The position numbers and the translations under genes were made by a program. From positions 26,132 through 90,131 of IMG/VR virus record IMGVR_UViG_3300015050_000678: a stretch of 64,000 nucleotides of DNA, one strand, 5' to 3'. Below the pieces are notes generated by a model. The model searched no databases. It worked only from the letters and a program-made list of their open reading frames with translations, and was not told the DNA's origin. Positions 9,014 through 18,172 of the stretch are shown here, piece after piece (position 1 is the first letter of the stretch; every line of letters begins with the position of its first letter). This stretch comes from a virus.

Positions 9014-9204
9014 TGAAACAATTATTATTAAATTGGTTACTTAAAGATATAACTAGATTTGAAGTTATTAATCATGATTGTACAAAATATGAAATTGGTA
9101 GATTAGTAGTTCATACTAAATCTAGATTTTTAAGTTATAATGGTAAATATGAAGTAATTGGTTCATTACAAGATGATAATAAAACTTTAAAAATATTTAT
9201 ATGA
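9013..9204 (+). CDS. Hypothetical protein
   Basis: ITRFEVINH...SLQDDNKTLKIFI; coupled ORF. Confidence 0.65.
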   Translation: MKQLLLNWLLKDITRFEVINHDCTKYEIGRLVVHTKSRFLSYNGKYEVIGSLQDDNKTLKIFI

Positions 9205-9641
9205 AATCATTTTTGCTCAAAGATAAGCGGCCCACAATCAAATGGGGTATGCTTAAAGATGAAACATACTTTGAAGGTGAAGTACCTGAAGGTTATGGAT
9301 TGGCGATTTCACCTCATGATCCATATATCATCTTAGATATTGATAGACATGGAGAAATAGATGGTTTTGATAATATACCAGAAGATATAACTAAAGAATT
9401 ATTGGGTCATTTTAGATATGCTACTAAAAATAATGGTAGCCATATTTGGTTTAGGTATTCTGGTACTAAAAAGTTACTTAATAAAACTTCAGGTAAAGGT
9501 CTGGATTTAAGAACTTCAAATGGTTATGTAAAATGGTACTTAGATAATGATATTAGAAGTTATATTCATTTAGTAATGGATACATCTCCTAAATTAAATA
9601 TATTCTTAGAATCATTGTTTCAAGGTGTAAAACAATTATAA
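9201..9641 (+). CDS. Bifunctional primase-polymerase (Prim-Pol) catalytic domain
   Basis: PTIKW, IILDID, TKNNGSHIWF and GLDLRTSNGYV motifs. Confidence 0.8.
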   Translation: MKSFLLKDKRPTIKWGMLKDETYFEGEVPEGYGLAISPHDPYIILDIDRHGEIDGFDNIPEDITKELLGHFRYATKNNGSHIWFRYSGTKKLLNKTSGKGLDLRTSNGYVKWYLDNDIRSYIHLVMDTSPKLNIFLESLFQGVKQL

Positions 9642-9642
9642 T

Positions 9643-9975
9643 ATGAAAAAATGGATATTACCTAAAGAATGGTATTTAGATAAAACAAGTGATTCAAATG
9701 AAATGAAAATTATTTTTGATTGGATGCAAACACAACTTGGTGGAGATCATTGGGAATTAAAGTATGCTTCTGAATATCATTTATTTTGGAAAAATAGAAA
9801 AAATTATCATCCAAATGGTACTAAAAACATGAATAGATTAAAAGATTGTACTTTAATTACATTTGAACAATTTCATAATCATGTAGTTTTAGGTGTAGAA
9901 CCATATAATGAACCAATTGAAAATGAAGATTTATCTTATTTAATACCTATTTTAAAAAAACACAACATAATATGA
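9643..9975 (+). CDS. Small protein with shared C-terminal tag (member 8)
   Basis: LPKEW...LITFEQFHNHVV; ends PIENEDLSYLIPILKKHNII. Confidence 0.8.
   Translation: MKKWILPKEWYLDKTSDSNEMKIIFDWMQTQLGGDHWELKYASEYHLFWKNRKNYHPNGTKNMNRLKDCTLITFEQFHNHVVLGVEPYNEPIENEDLSYLIPILKKHNII
9922..9975 (+). repeat. Dispersed repeat of 2349-2402 (tag-coding sequence)
   Basis: 49/54 nt identical; all 5 differences are at third codon positions and 4 are synonymous. Confidence 0.85.
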
Positions 9976-10232
9976 CAGAAGAACAAGTAAAAAGAATTTC
10001 AGAATTATATAAACTTAAATCTGAATTATTAGAAGATTTATCTAAACTTACAGGTAACGAATATTCATTTAAATTAGGTGTTCAAACTAATGAATTTTAT
10101 AGTGCATATGGACCAGCTATTCTTAAATGTTCTGATATTATATCTAAAGAAATAAAAGAAATTGTATTAATTAAAATACAATTAGAAATAGATAAAATTG
10201 ATTTAGAATTAAGTAATATTAAATGTGTATAA
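9972..10232 (+). CDS. Hypothetical protein
   Basis: 86-aa coupled ORF, predicted helical. Confidence 0.6.
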   Translation: MTEEQVKRISELYKLKSELLEDLSKLTGNEYSFKLGVQTNEFYSAYGPAILKCSDIISKEIKEIVLIKIQLEIDKIDLELSNIKCV

Positions 10233-10533
10233 TATGAAAGAAGAATTTCCAATAGGTACTTGGTATTTAAAAATAGATGATGAAAATAGAGATATAGTTA
10301 ATAATTGGAGAATTAATATTATTAAATACTCTGAAAGACCTTGTAAATATAAATATATATCTGAAAATGGAATAGGTGATGATATTGGTCCAAATGATGG
10401 GTTTAATACTGCAGAAATAACCACTTCTCAATTTAAAGAATATGTACTAAATATTAAAGAAGAACCTATACCAATTATCAATGAAGACCTAACATATTTA
10501 AAAGATATGTTAAATAAATTAAATATAAAATAA
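10225..10533 (+). CDS. Small protein with shared C-terminal tag (member 9), paralog of 4365..4670
   Basis: WYLKI...VNNWRINIIKYS...EITTSQFKEYVL; ends PIINEDLTYLKDMLNKLNIK. Confidence 0.8.
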   Translation: MYNMKEEFPIGTWYLKIDDENRDIVNNWRINIIKYSERPCKYKYISENGIGDDIGPNDGFNTAEITTSQFKEYVLNIKEEPIPIINEDLTYLKDMLNKLNIK

Positions 10534-10540
10534 ATAAAAC

Positions 10541-10753
10541 ATGGAAAATCAATTAAACAATGTAACTAAGGTTACTAAAACAGCTAAGACTGTATCTAAA
10601 GCAGAATTAACAGCAATGGTAGATTCTGGATCTAAGAAAGAACAAATTGCAGAATATTATGGATTAAATATTGCTCAAACAACTAAGTTGTTAAAATCAG
10701 CTAATTTAACTATTCGTAAATTTCATGCTCCAGCATTTAATTTGGTAGACTAA
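10541..10753 (+). CDS. Small HTH-like DNA-binding protein
   Basis: SKKEQIAEYYGLNIAQTTKLLK pattern. Confidence 0.5.
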   Translation: MENQLNNVTKVTKTAKTVSKAELTAMVDSGSKKEQIAEYYGLNIAQTTKLLKSANLTIRKFHAPAFNLVD

Positions 10754-10754
10754 A

Positions 10755-11831
10755 ATGTTACGTGAAGACATTCAAAAGTTAGCTTTAAATAAAACATTAA
10801 ATCAAAGAAGATGTAGTTTAGCTTTAAGTGGTGGTGCTGGAAAAACTTTAATAGGTTTACAACATATGTCACAGCAACCTAAAGGTTTTAAATTTTTAGT
10901 TGTAGCTCCAAAGAAATCTATATTTCAATCTTGGAAAGATGATGCTAAAAAGTTTAACTTTGAATATCTTCTTAAACAAATTACATTTTCTACTTATTTA
11001 TCTTTAACTAAACAATCATCTGAATATGATGTAATTTATGCAGATGAATGTCATAATTTAAAGTTATCTAAAAATGCTTGGTTAAGTAAATTTAAAGGTA
11101 AAATATTAGGATTAACCGGAACACCACCTAGAGATAATAAATCAGAAAGTGGTTTTATGGTAGATAAATACTGTCCTGTAATATATTCATATAATACAGA
11201 TGAAGCAGTAGATCATTCTATATTGAATGATTATAGAATAGTTGTACATTACGTACAATTAGATCAAATAAAGAATATTAAGGTTGTGAAACCTCAAGCA
11301 ACCTGGATGACTAGTGAAGTAGCAATATATAACTATTGGTCTGGAAGAGTGGAGAAATCCTTTGGTAAAATGAAACAAATAGCAGCTATACAACGCATGA
11401 AGGCTATGCAAGGTTTCTTAACTAAAGAATCTAAAGCTAAAAATCTTCTTAATGACATAGGACAATTTAGTAAATGTCTATGTTTTGCAAGTACTCAAGA
11501 GCAATCAGCTAGAATCTGTCCAACAACTTATCATTCAAAGAATAAGTTCTCAGAATCAAATTTAGAGTCTTTTAAAACAGGTAAATTATTAAAATTATGT
11601 GCTGTAGAACAACTATCAGAAGGAATTAACATACCTAATCTTAAATATGGAATAATTATGCACTCTTATGGCAATGAGAGAAAAGCTAGTCAAAAGATAT
11701 TTAGATTTCTTAGATTAAATCCTAATGAATGTAGTACTATTCATATACTATGTTATAAAGATACAATTGATGAACAATGGGTTAAATCAGCTTTAGAGGG
11801 ATTTAACCAAGATAAAATTATGTACTTATGA
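10755..11831 (+). CDS. Superfamily 2 helicase
   Basis: SGGAGKT, DECH, GLTGT and EGINIPNL motifs. Confidence 0.88.
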   Translation: MLREDIQKLALNKTLNQRRCSLALSGGAGKTLIGLQHMSQQPKGFKFLVVAPKKSIFQSWKDDAKKFNFEYLLKQITFSTYLSLTKQSSEYDVIYADECHNLKLSKNAWLSKFKGKILGLTGTPPRDNKSESGFMVDKYCPVIYSYNTDEAVDHSILNDYRIVVHYVQLDQIKNIKVVKPQATWMTSEVAIYNYWSGRVEKSFGKMKQIAAIQRMKAMQGFLTKESKAKNLLNDIGQFSKCLCFASTQEQSARICPTTYHSKNKFSESNLESFKTGKLLKLCAVEQLSEGINIPNLKYGIIMHSYGNERKASQKIFRFLRLNPNECSTIHILCYKDTIDEQWVKSALEGFNQDKIMYL

Positions 11832-12433
11832 TTGAAACAATTAGTGTAGACTTAAACAAATTATATGCTAATAAACTCAAACTAGAAGATTATTTCATTT
11901 TATATTGTTTAGTCAACCAAGAAGAAGAATTATTAGTCAAATACACTACTAATTGTAGAGGTATTGATACTAATGTTTTTCAAAGATTAAGAGATTCTGG
12001 ATTTATTGTCTTAACAAATGAAATTGATATAACATTTAGTACGATAAGTACAACATTAGAAGCTAAAAAGCTATTTAATGTAGGAGATAATCAACAATTT
12101 GATACTTTATTCAAAGAGTTATTATCTACTTATCCTAAAAGTGTTAAAAGAATTACTGGTGGTACAAGACCATTACATAATGATTTAGTTAGATGTAAGA
12201 AATTATATAAAACAACGATATTAGGACCATCTTCGTTTTTAAACATAGAATTACATAAAAAGATTTTATTATGCGTGCAAAAGTACTATAGGGATCATTT
12301 GAAAGACAATAAACAAGAATTTATGCAATTATTAGCAACATTTCTTTCCCAGAGAACCTGGGAACAATATTTAGATGAAGTTAGTAATATTCAAGAATTA
12401 CCTAAATCCAACGTAGATTATGACGCAATTTAA
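11828..12433 (+). CDS. Putative replication initiator/helicase loader
   Basis: wHTH-like N-terminus, F..L...YP and TFLSQRTWE motifs; overlaps the dnaB-like gene. Confidence 0.5.
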   Translation: MIETISVDLNKLYANKLKLEDYFILYCLVNQEEELLVKYTTNCRGIDTNVFQRLRDSGFIVLTNEIDITFSTISTTLEAKKLFNVGDNQQFDTLFKELLSTYPKSVKRITGGTRPLHNDLVRCKKLYKTTILGPSSFLNIELHKKILLCVQKYYRDHLKDNKQEFMQLLATFLSQRTWEQYLDEVSNIQELPKSNVDYDAI

Positions 12434-13478
12434 GCAGAGAATATTAAAAGGATTATCAGGAGAATATCAAGGATTAGCTAACGGATTTGATAGAATTAAT
12501 AAGTATATATATAATACACAACGAGGTTGTTACACTTTATTGGGTGGACTTTCAGGTAGTTCTAAAACAACACTTTGTGATTATATATTGTTAAATAGTA
12601 TGCAAGATGCTAATGCTAAAAATATACCATTTAATGTTACTTATTATTCTTGGGAAATTGATGAAATGAGTAAAAAAGCCAACTGGTTATCGGTATTAAT
12701 TTATAATAAATATGATATAGTCATATCTCCTCAAACTATTAAAGGTTTAGGTGATTCTAGATTAACAGAAAATGAACAAGAAATTGTTTATTCAATGTTA
12801 CCAGAATTAGAAGATTTATTTTCAAAAATAACTTGGCATTGGACACCAATCAATCCTACAGGATTATACACAGAGTGGTGGAAAACAATGTCAGCAAAAG
12901 GTAAGTTTACTACTGTACCTTATATTGATGAAGATGGAAATGCTAAAGATAGAATAACTGGTTGGGTAGCAGATAACAAAGAAGAATACAATATTGTAGT
13001 ATTAGACCATTTAGCACTTGGTAGATTAGAAAGAGGATTTACACTTAAACAGAATATTGATAAAATATCTGAGTATATTGTAGGATGTAGAAATATGTTT
13101 AATATGACATTTTATATTGTAGCTCAATTTAATCAAGGTTTAAGTAGTGTAGAGAGATTAAAGTTTAAAGGTGCTGACATTAGTCCACAACAAACGGATT
13201 TTAAAGATTCTACTTCTCCTTATCAAGATGCTGATGTAGTACTTGGTTTACTAAATGCCTATAAAATGGATTTAGAAACTAGTTTAAATTACAATATTAA
13301 AGTTGATGGATTTCCAGGTAATTTAAAAGGTAAATACAGACTTCTTAAGATAATTAAGAATAGATTAGGTCAAGATAATATATCCATTGGATTATATACT
13401 AAACCTGAAGCTGGTTACTTTGAAGAATTACCTAGAGAAATGACAACAGAAGATTATCAAAGATATTTAAATAAATAA
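12420..13478 (+). CDS. dnaB: DnaB-like replicative helicase
   Basis: GGLSGSSKTT, YSWE, VVLDH, AQFN, QDADVVLGL and KNRLG motifs. Confidence 0.85.
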   Translation: MTQFKQRILKGLSGEYQGLANGFDRINKYIYNTQRGCYTLLGGLSGSSKTTLCDYILLNSMQDANAKNIPFNVTYYSWEIDEMSKKANWLSVLIYNKYDIVISPQTIKGLGDSRLTENEQEIVYSMLPELEDLFSKITWHWTPINPTGLYTEWWKTMSAKGKFTTVPYIDEDGNAKDRITGWVADNKEEYNIVVLDHLALGRLERGFTLKQNIDKISEYIVGCRNMFNMTFYIVAQFNQGLSSVERLKFKGADISPQQTDFKDSTSPYQDADVVLGLLNAYKMDLETSLNYNIKVDGFPGNLKGKYRLLKIIKNRLGQDNISIGLYTKPEAGYFEELPREMTTEDYQRYLNK

Positions 13479-13479
13479 T

Positions 13480-14148
13480 ATGGGAAGAATTATATTAGCA
13501 ATCGGTAATCCTGGTTCAGGAAAATCAAGAGCTATTTTGAATTTAGATGAGAATACAACTCTATTAATTAAACCTAATAGAAAAGAATTACCTTTTAAAG
13601 GTGGTGCTGTGAAATACAGTGTAGAAAAAGGCAATGTTGTTAATTGTGGTACTTTTCCAGAGCTTAAAAGTTTATTGACCAAAGCTAATGCTGGAACCAA
13701 ATTTAAAACAATTGTTATTGAAGATTTTACTCATTTTTTAACTAATAGAGTTATGGCAGACTCTAAGATTAATGGTTTTCAAAAGTGGAGTGATTTGGCC
13801 CTTGATGTATTTCAAGGACTTATTAAAATGGAAGAACAATTACGTGATGATTTAAATGTGATAGTGATAGGACATACTGAAAGAAGTACTAATATGAATG
13901 GTGATACTGAAATTACTCTACAAACTGTAGGTAAATTATTAGATAACCAAATCAAAATACCTTCTTACTTTACTTATGTTCTACATGCTGATGTGAAAGA
14001 AGTGAATGGAAAAATGGAATATTCATTTTTAACTAATTATGATGGATTAAGATTAGCTAAATCACCGGAAGGTTGTTTAGAAAAATTTGAACCAAATGAC
14101 TATAAGTTAATATTGGATAAAATAGCAAAACATCAATTAGGGGAATAA
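13480..14148 (+). CDS. AAA_24/Sak4-like P-loop ATPase
   Basis: GNPGSGKS, IVIED, VIGH and AKSPEG motifs. Confidence 0.75.
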   Translation: MGRIILAIGNPGSGKSRAILNLDENTTLLIKPNRKELPFKGGAVKYSVEKGNVVNCGTFPELKSLLTKANAGTKFKTIVIEDFTHFLTNRVMADSKINGFQKWSDLALDVFQGLIKMEEQLRDDLNVIVIGHTERSTNMNGDTEITLQTVGKLLDNQIKIPSYFTYVLHADVKEVNGKMEYSFLTNYDGLRLAKSPEGCLEKFEPNDYKLILDKIAKHQLGE

Positions 14149-14186
14149 TATCTTCTATAAATTTAAATCATTAAAAATATAAAATT

Positions 14187-14777
14187 ATGTACGGTTTTGA
14201 AAACGCAGAAGTATCTAAAGGTAATTACAAAGAAACAATTAAACCAGGAATTAATCTAGTTAAAGTTGTTAAAATTGAAAACGGTTTAAGCTCTAAAGCT
14301 CAAGCTCCACAATTAACTATTACAGTAGAAGATGCACATGGTGCAGAATTAGCTAATAGTTATTCATTAAATACAACAATTAATCCTGGTAAAAAAATGT
14401 CTGGATGGGATGTAACTAAAAATGCAATCTTATCAATAGTTGCTGCAGCTAATTCATTAGATGAAGCTTCTGCTAAAGCTAAAATGCCTAATGCTAAATC
14501 TGCTGAAGAATTAGCTCAAAAATTAGCAATGTTAGTTGTTGGTAAAGAATTTAGATTAAAGGTTACTGGTGAAGAAAAGATTTCTCAGAAAGGTACTAAA
14601 TATGTAGCTTCATCATTTGGTAATGGTGTATTCTGTGAATCTAAACAAGTAGCTGAAACTGAAAGTAAGTTATTCTTTAATGCTGAGAAAAACATTAAGA
14701 AACTAGCTATTGAACCAGCTAGTACTACTACAGATACTACATTCAGTAGTCCTGCAGCTGATTCAGTTGTATTTTAA
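14187..14777 (+). CDS. Putative single-stranded DNA-binding protein
   Basis: Follows the Sak4-like gene; beta-rich body with a low-complexity tail ending DSVVF. Confidence 0.5.
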   Translation: MYGFENAEVSKGNYKETIKPGINLVKVVKIENGLSSKAQAPQLTITVEDAHGAELANSYSLNTTINPGKKMSGWDVTKNAILSIVAAANSLDEASAKAKMPNAKSAEELAQKLAMLVVGKEFRLKVTGEEKISQKGTKYVASSFGNGVFCESKQVAETESKLFFNAEKNIKKLAIEPASTTTDTTFSSPAADSVVF

Positions 14778-14781
14778 TAAT

Positions 14782-14879
14782 TAAGTAATAATAAAGTAAG
14801 GTACCCGTATTGCGAAGTAGGGCTAAGTTAGATACAATTTCTTCTGCAAGAAGTAGAATGCCTTACCTATTATTACTTA
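14782..14879 (+). ncRNA. Candidate multi-branched structured RNA
   Basis: 12-bp TAAGTAATAATA/TATTATTACTTA plus 8-bp GTAAGGTA/TGCCTTAC outer stems enclose a GCGA-tetraloop hairpin and a CTTCT/AGAAG hairpin. Confidence 0.5.
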
Positions 14880-14893
14880 TTAAATTTTAATCT

Positions 14894-15886
14894 ATGTTCA
14901 ACTTTGATAATGCAAGTTTACAAATAACAAAAGATGAAATACTTAAATATATTACAGAGTTACAAATATTAGAAAGATATTGTGCTAATTATAAAGAGAT
15001 AGATACTAGTTTTAAATCAGAATTTTATTCAGATAAAAATGCTAGTTGTAGAATATTAATTAGTGGAAATGGAATACCTTATTACAAAGATTATGGTAAT
15101 GGAGATTATTTTCTAGCATTTGATTATGTAAGTAGAAAGTATGGATCTAATTATCATGAAACTTGTAATATCATAGCTAATGACTTTGGATTAAAGAGAA
15201 CTAATTTAAATGTAACACCTCAATTATTATTGAGTAACGACACTCCTAAATTAGTTAAAACTAAATCTAATATTCAAGTAATTGTTAAACCATTTAGTTT
15301 AATAGATTATGATTATTGGTTACAATATGGTATTTCTTTAACTACATTACAATTCTTTAATGTTAAAGCTGTAAGTCATGTTTATCTAAATAAAGGAGAT
15401 AAACATTATGTATTTGAGTATAAAAATAGTAGTCCTTTATATTCTTATAAGTTCTTTAAAAATGCTACAGAATATCTTAAAATCTATAATCCTTATTCGA
15501 TTACTAAAGAAGGTAAGTGGTTAAGTAATGTAGGTTCAGATTGTTTGCAGGGTTATGATCAATTGCCAGCAACAGGAGATTTGCTTATTATTACTAAAAG
15601 CTTAAAAGATGTTTTATGTTTTTATGAGTTAGGTATATCAGCAGTAGGATTACAGGCTGAAACTAATAAGATGAGTAAGAAGTCTTTTGATGAGTTAACT
15701 AATAGATTTAAACGAGTTATTTTACTATTAGATAATGATGATCAAGGTTATAACTCAACTTGTGAATTCTTATTAACTTACGATATAGAGTTTTTATTTA
15801 TACCTACTGAAAAAGATATATCGGATTATGTCAAAAAATACAGCTTAAAAAAAGCTGAAAAATTAATTAAAAATAAATTATTATGA
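14894..15886 (+). CDS. dnaG: DNA primase (TOPRIM, crAss-type)
   Basis: YKDYG N-terminal motif; LLIITKSLKDV, LDNDDQG and KDISDY. Confidence 0.8.
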   Translation: MFNFDNASLQITKDEILKYITELQILERYCANYKEIDTSFKSEFYSDKNASCRILISGNGIPYYKDYGNGDYFLAFDYVSRKYGSNYHETCNIIANDFGLKRTNLNVTPQLLLSNDTPKLVKTKSNIQVIVKPFSLIDYDYWLQYGISLTTLQFFNVKAVSHVYLNKGDKHYVFEYKNSSPLYSYKFFKNATEYLKIYNPYSITKEGKWLSNVGSDCLQGYDQLPATGDLLIITKSLKDVLCFYELGISAVGLQAETNKMSKKSFDELTNRFKRVILLLDNDDQGYNSTCEFLLTYDIEFLFIPTEKDISDYVKKYSLKKAEKLIKNKLL

Positions 15887-16044
15887 AAAATATTTGGATT
15901 CTAAGTTTAATAGTGTGTATATTTACATGTGTGGTAACAATATTATGTATACTATCATATCATTTTATATTTGCTAGTATAAATTTCATATTAGCAATTT
16001 GTAACTTTTCTTTTGTTATAATTGGTTTAGAAAATAAAAAATAA
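15883..16044 (+). CDS. 53-aa membrane protein
   Basis: MKNIWILSLIVCIF...IIGLENKK with two hydrophobic segments; fills the gap between genes. Confidence 0.55.
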   Translation: MKNIWILSLIVCIFTCVVTILCILSYHFIFASINFILAICNFSFVIIGLENKK

Positions 16045-16045
16045 A

Positions 16046-16342
16046 ATGACAAATTTAACCTGGACAGAATTTTGTGATAAGTATTCTCCAATAAAGAATA
16101 CTTTAGAAAAAGATACTCCCGTAGATGGATTCTTATTCTTAGATAAAGATCAAATTAGTGATATTCCTTTGGGAAGAATATGGACATTAATTGAAGATAC
16201 GATAAAAGATGATATGTATATTACTAATGGAGCTAGAGTAATTAATGCTCATGGTTGGTTAGTAACTAGAGAATCATGGGAGTTAGATGAATTAACTGAA
16301 GTCAGACTTGTTGAAGCTGATATAAAACAAGAAGAAGAATAA
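16046..16342 (+). CDS. Hypothetical protein
   Basis: 98-aa ORF in the operon. Confidence 0.65.
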   Translation: MTNLTWTEFCDKYSPIKNTLEKDTPVDGFLFLDKDQISDIPLGRIWTLIEDTIKDDMYITNGARVINAHGWLVTRESWELDELTEVRLVEADIKQEEE

Positions 16343-16344
16343 TT

Positions 16345-16719
16345 ATGGAAATAGCAATAGATTTTGATGGGACTTGTGTAACTCACGCTTATCCTAAAGT
16401 AGGTAAAGATATTGGAGCTTTAGATATTTTAAAAAAGCTAATTGAAAATAAGCATAATCTAATACTTTATACAATGCGAAGTGGTAAAGAATTAGACGAT
16501 GCTATTAATTGGTTTAAAGAAAATAATATTAAACTTTACGGTATTCAATTTAATCCTACACAGAAAGATTGGACTAGTAGTAATAAGTGTTATGCTCAAT
16601 TATATATTGATGATGCAGCACTTGGATGTCCATTAAGTATAGATTTAACAATTTCAAATAGACCATTTGTAAATTGGGTAATAGTAGAATCTTTATTATT
16701 AAATAAAGGAATTATATGA
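16345..16719 (+). CDS. HAD-superfamily phosphatase
   Basis: IAIDFDGT, LYTMR and K...YIDD motifs. Confidence 0.85.
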   Translation: MEIAIDFDGTCVTHAYPKVGKDIGALDILKKLIENKHNLILYTMRSGKELDDAINWFKENNIKLYGIQFNPTQKDWTSSNKCYAQLYIDDAALGCPLSIDLTISNRPFVNWVIVESLLLNKGII

Positions 16720-17150
16720 TGGAGAAAATTAAAATTAGTTTTGAACCAAATGAGATTTGGAATAATGAAGACTTTAGACAATTAATTAAAGCCTTAAATG
16801 AGAATGATTATTCAGCTAAAGGATTTGAATATGAATTATGGATTATTACTACTAATAGTAGTTTAGCATATATCAATGCAATAGCTACACAGTATAATAT
16901 TCCTAATGATAGAGTATTAATGGCTTTAAATGATTCTACTAAAGTAGGATTAATTACATTAAATACAGATATTCATTTTGATGGAGATTATACAATAATT
17001 CATTCATTAGAAACTACTAAAACACATGGAATATTTGTTGATCGTAAGATTGCTTATAATGCTATGGGTTTAAAGTATATTAAAGATTTAGATACCTGGA
17101 CAGGTATTATAATAAGAGAAAGAGATGGTGAGAAGACTAAACCCTGTTAA
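16716..17150 (+). CDS. Hypothetical protein, possibly a degenerate HAD fold
   Basis: KISFEPN / LWIITT / IHFDGD spacing resembles the HAD motifs but DxDGT is absent. Confidence 0.4.
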   Translation: MMEKIKISFEPNEIWNNEDFRQLIKALNENDYSAKGFEYELWIITTNSSLAYINAIATQYNIPNDRVLMALNDSTKVGLITLNTDIHFDGDYTIIHSLETTKTHGIFVDRKIAYNAMGLKYIKDLDTWTGIIIRERDGEKTKPC

Positions 17151-17700
17151 AGCTAGATTTAAAGTTGGACCTAAACCTAAAAAGAAAGCAGTTCCTCATG
17201 GAGTACCCGTAGTTCATGATGGAGTTCAATTAAGATCTGGATTAGAGAAAATATGCTATCAGGCTTTACAGAAAGCTGGTATAACAGACTTTAAATATGA
17301 AGATGATATATTTGAACTACAAGGTAAATTTGAAGCAACAGGAAGTTGTTATCAGCTTTATAAAAGAATGATGTCTTATGATGAAGCTCAAGCTGCAGGA
17401 ATCAATGCTAGATTTAAAGATAAGTCTAAATCTAAATATGTATTTCAATTTGGTGAAGTAACTAATAAAATGAGAGCAATTACTATTAAACCTGATTTTA
17501 GTAGATTAGATAAAGATACTAAAACTGGTTATGTAATTGAAACTAAGGGAGATTACACGAATGAATATCTTCTTAAATTAAGATTGTTCAAATACTGGTG
17601 GACTATGAATGGTTGGACTATAGATTATTTTGCACCAAATAATTTAACTAATGTAAACAAATGTATTAAACTAATTAAAACTAAATATTATGGATTATAG
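17125..17700 (+). CDS. T7 endonuclease I-like Holliday junction resolvase
   Basis: RSGLE, KYE, KPDF and IETKG (PD-(D/E)xK). Confidence 0.8.
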   Translation: MVRRLNPVKARFKVGPKPKKKAVPHGVPVVHDGVQLRSGLEKICYQALQKAGITDFKYEDDIFELQGKFEATGSCYQLYKRMMSYDEAQAAGINARFKDKSKSKYVFQFGEVTNKMRAITIKPDFSRLDKDTKTGYVIETKGDYTNEYLLKLRLFKYWWTMNGWTIDYFAPNNLTNVNKCIKLIKTKYYGL

Positions 17701-18172
17701 AGAGAAGTATCATGTAGCTAGAAAGCTATTATTTATAACAATGCTAGGAATTACTGCATATTTTGTATTAAAAAATACAGTATTTAATAAAGAAGAACCA
17801 ACTCCTGAGTTAGCTAAACCTAGTAATGTAGTAGATACTGTAAGAATTGAAAGTTTTAGTGAAGTTAAATTAATACAATATATGGAAGTTTTAGAAATGA
17901 AACATCCTAATATTGTATTAGCTCAAGCTAAATTAGAATCTGGTAATTTTACTGCTCCAAGATTTATAAAACATAATGCTTTATTTGGATTTCAAACATC
18001 TGATACAAACATTATTAAATATAAATCTTGGAAAGAATCTGTTATACATTATAGGTGTATGCAAATGAGGAGATTAAAACCTAATGAAGATTATTATAGT
18101 TTCTTAGTTAGAATTCATTATGCAGCAGATAGTAATTATATTTATAAATTAAAACAATTTAAAGATGCCTAA
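17690..18172 (+). CDS. Membrane-anchored glucosaminidase (GH73-like) peptidoglycan hydrolase
   Basis: N-terminal TM segment; LAQAKLESG, NALFG and YAADSNY motifs. Confidence 0.75.
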   Translation: MDYREKYHVARKLLFITMLGITAYFVLKNTVFNKEEPTPELAKPSNVVDTVRIESFSEVKLIQYMEVLEMKHPNIVLAQAKLESGNFTAPRFIKHNALFGFQTSDTNIIKYKSWKESVIHYRCMQMRRLKPNEDYYSFLVRIHYAADSNYIYKLKQFKDA

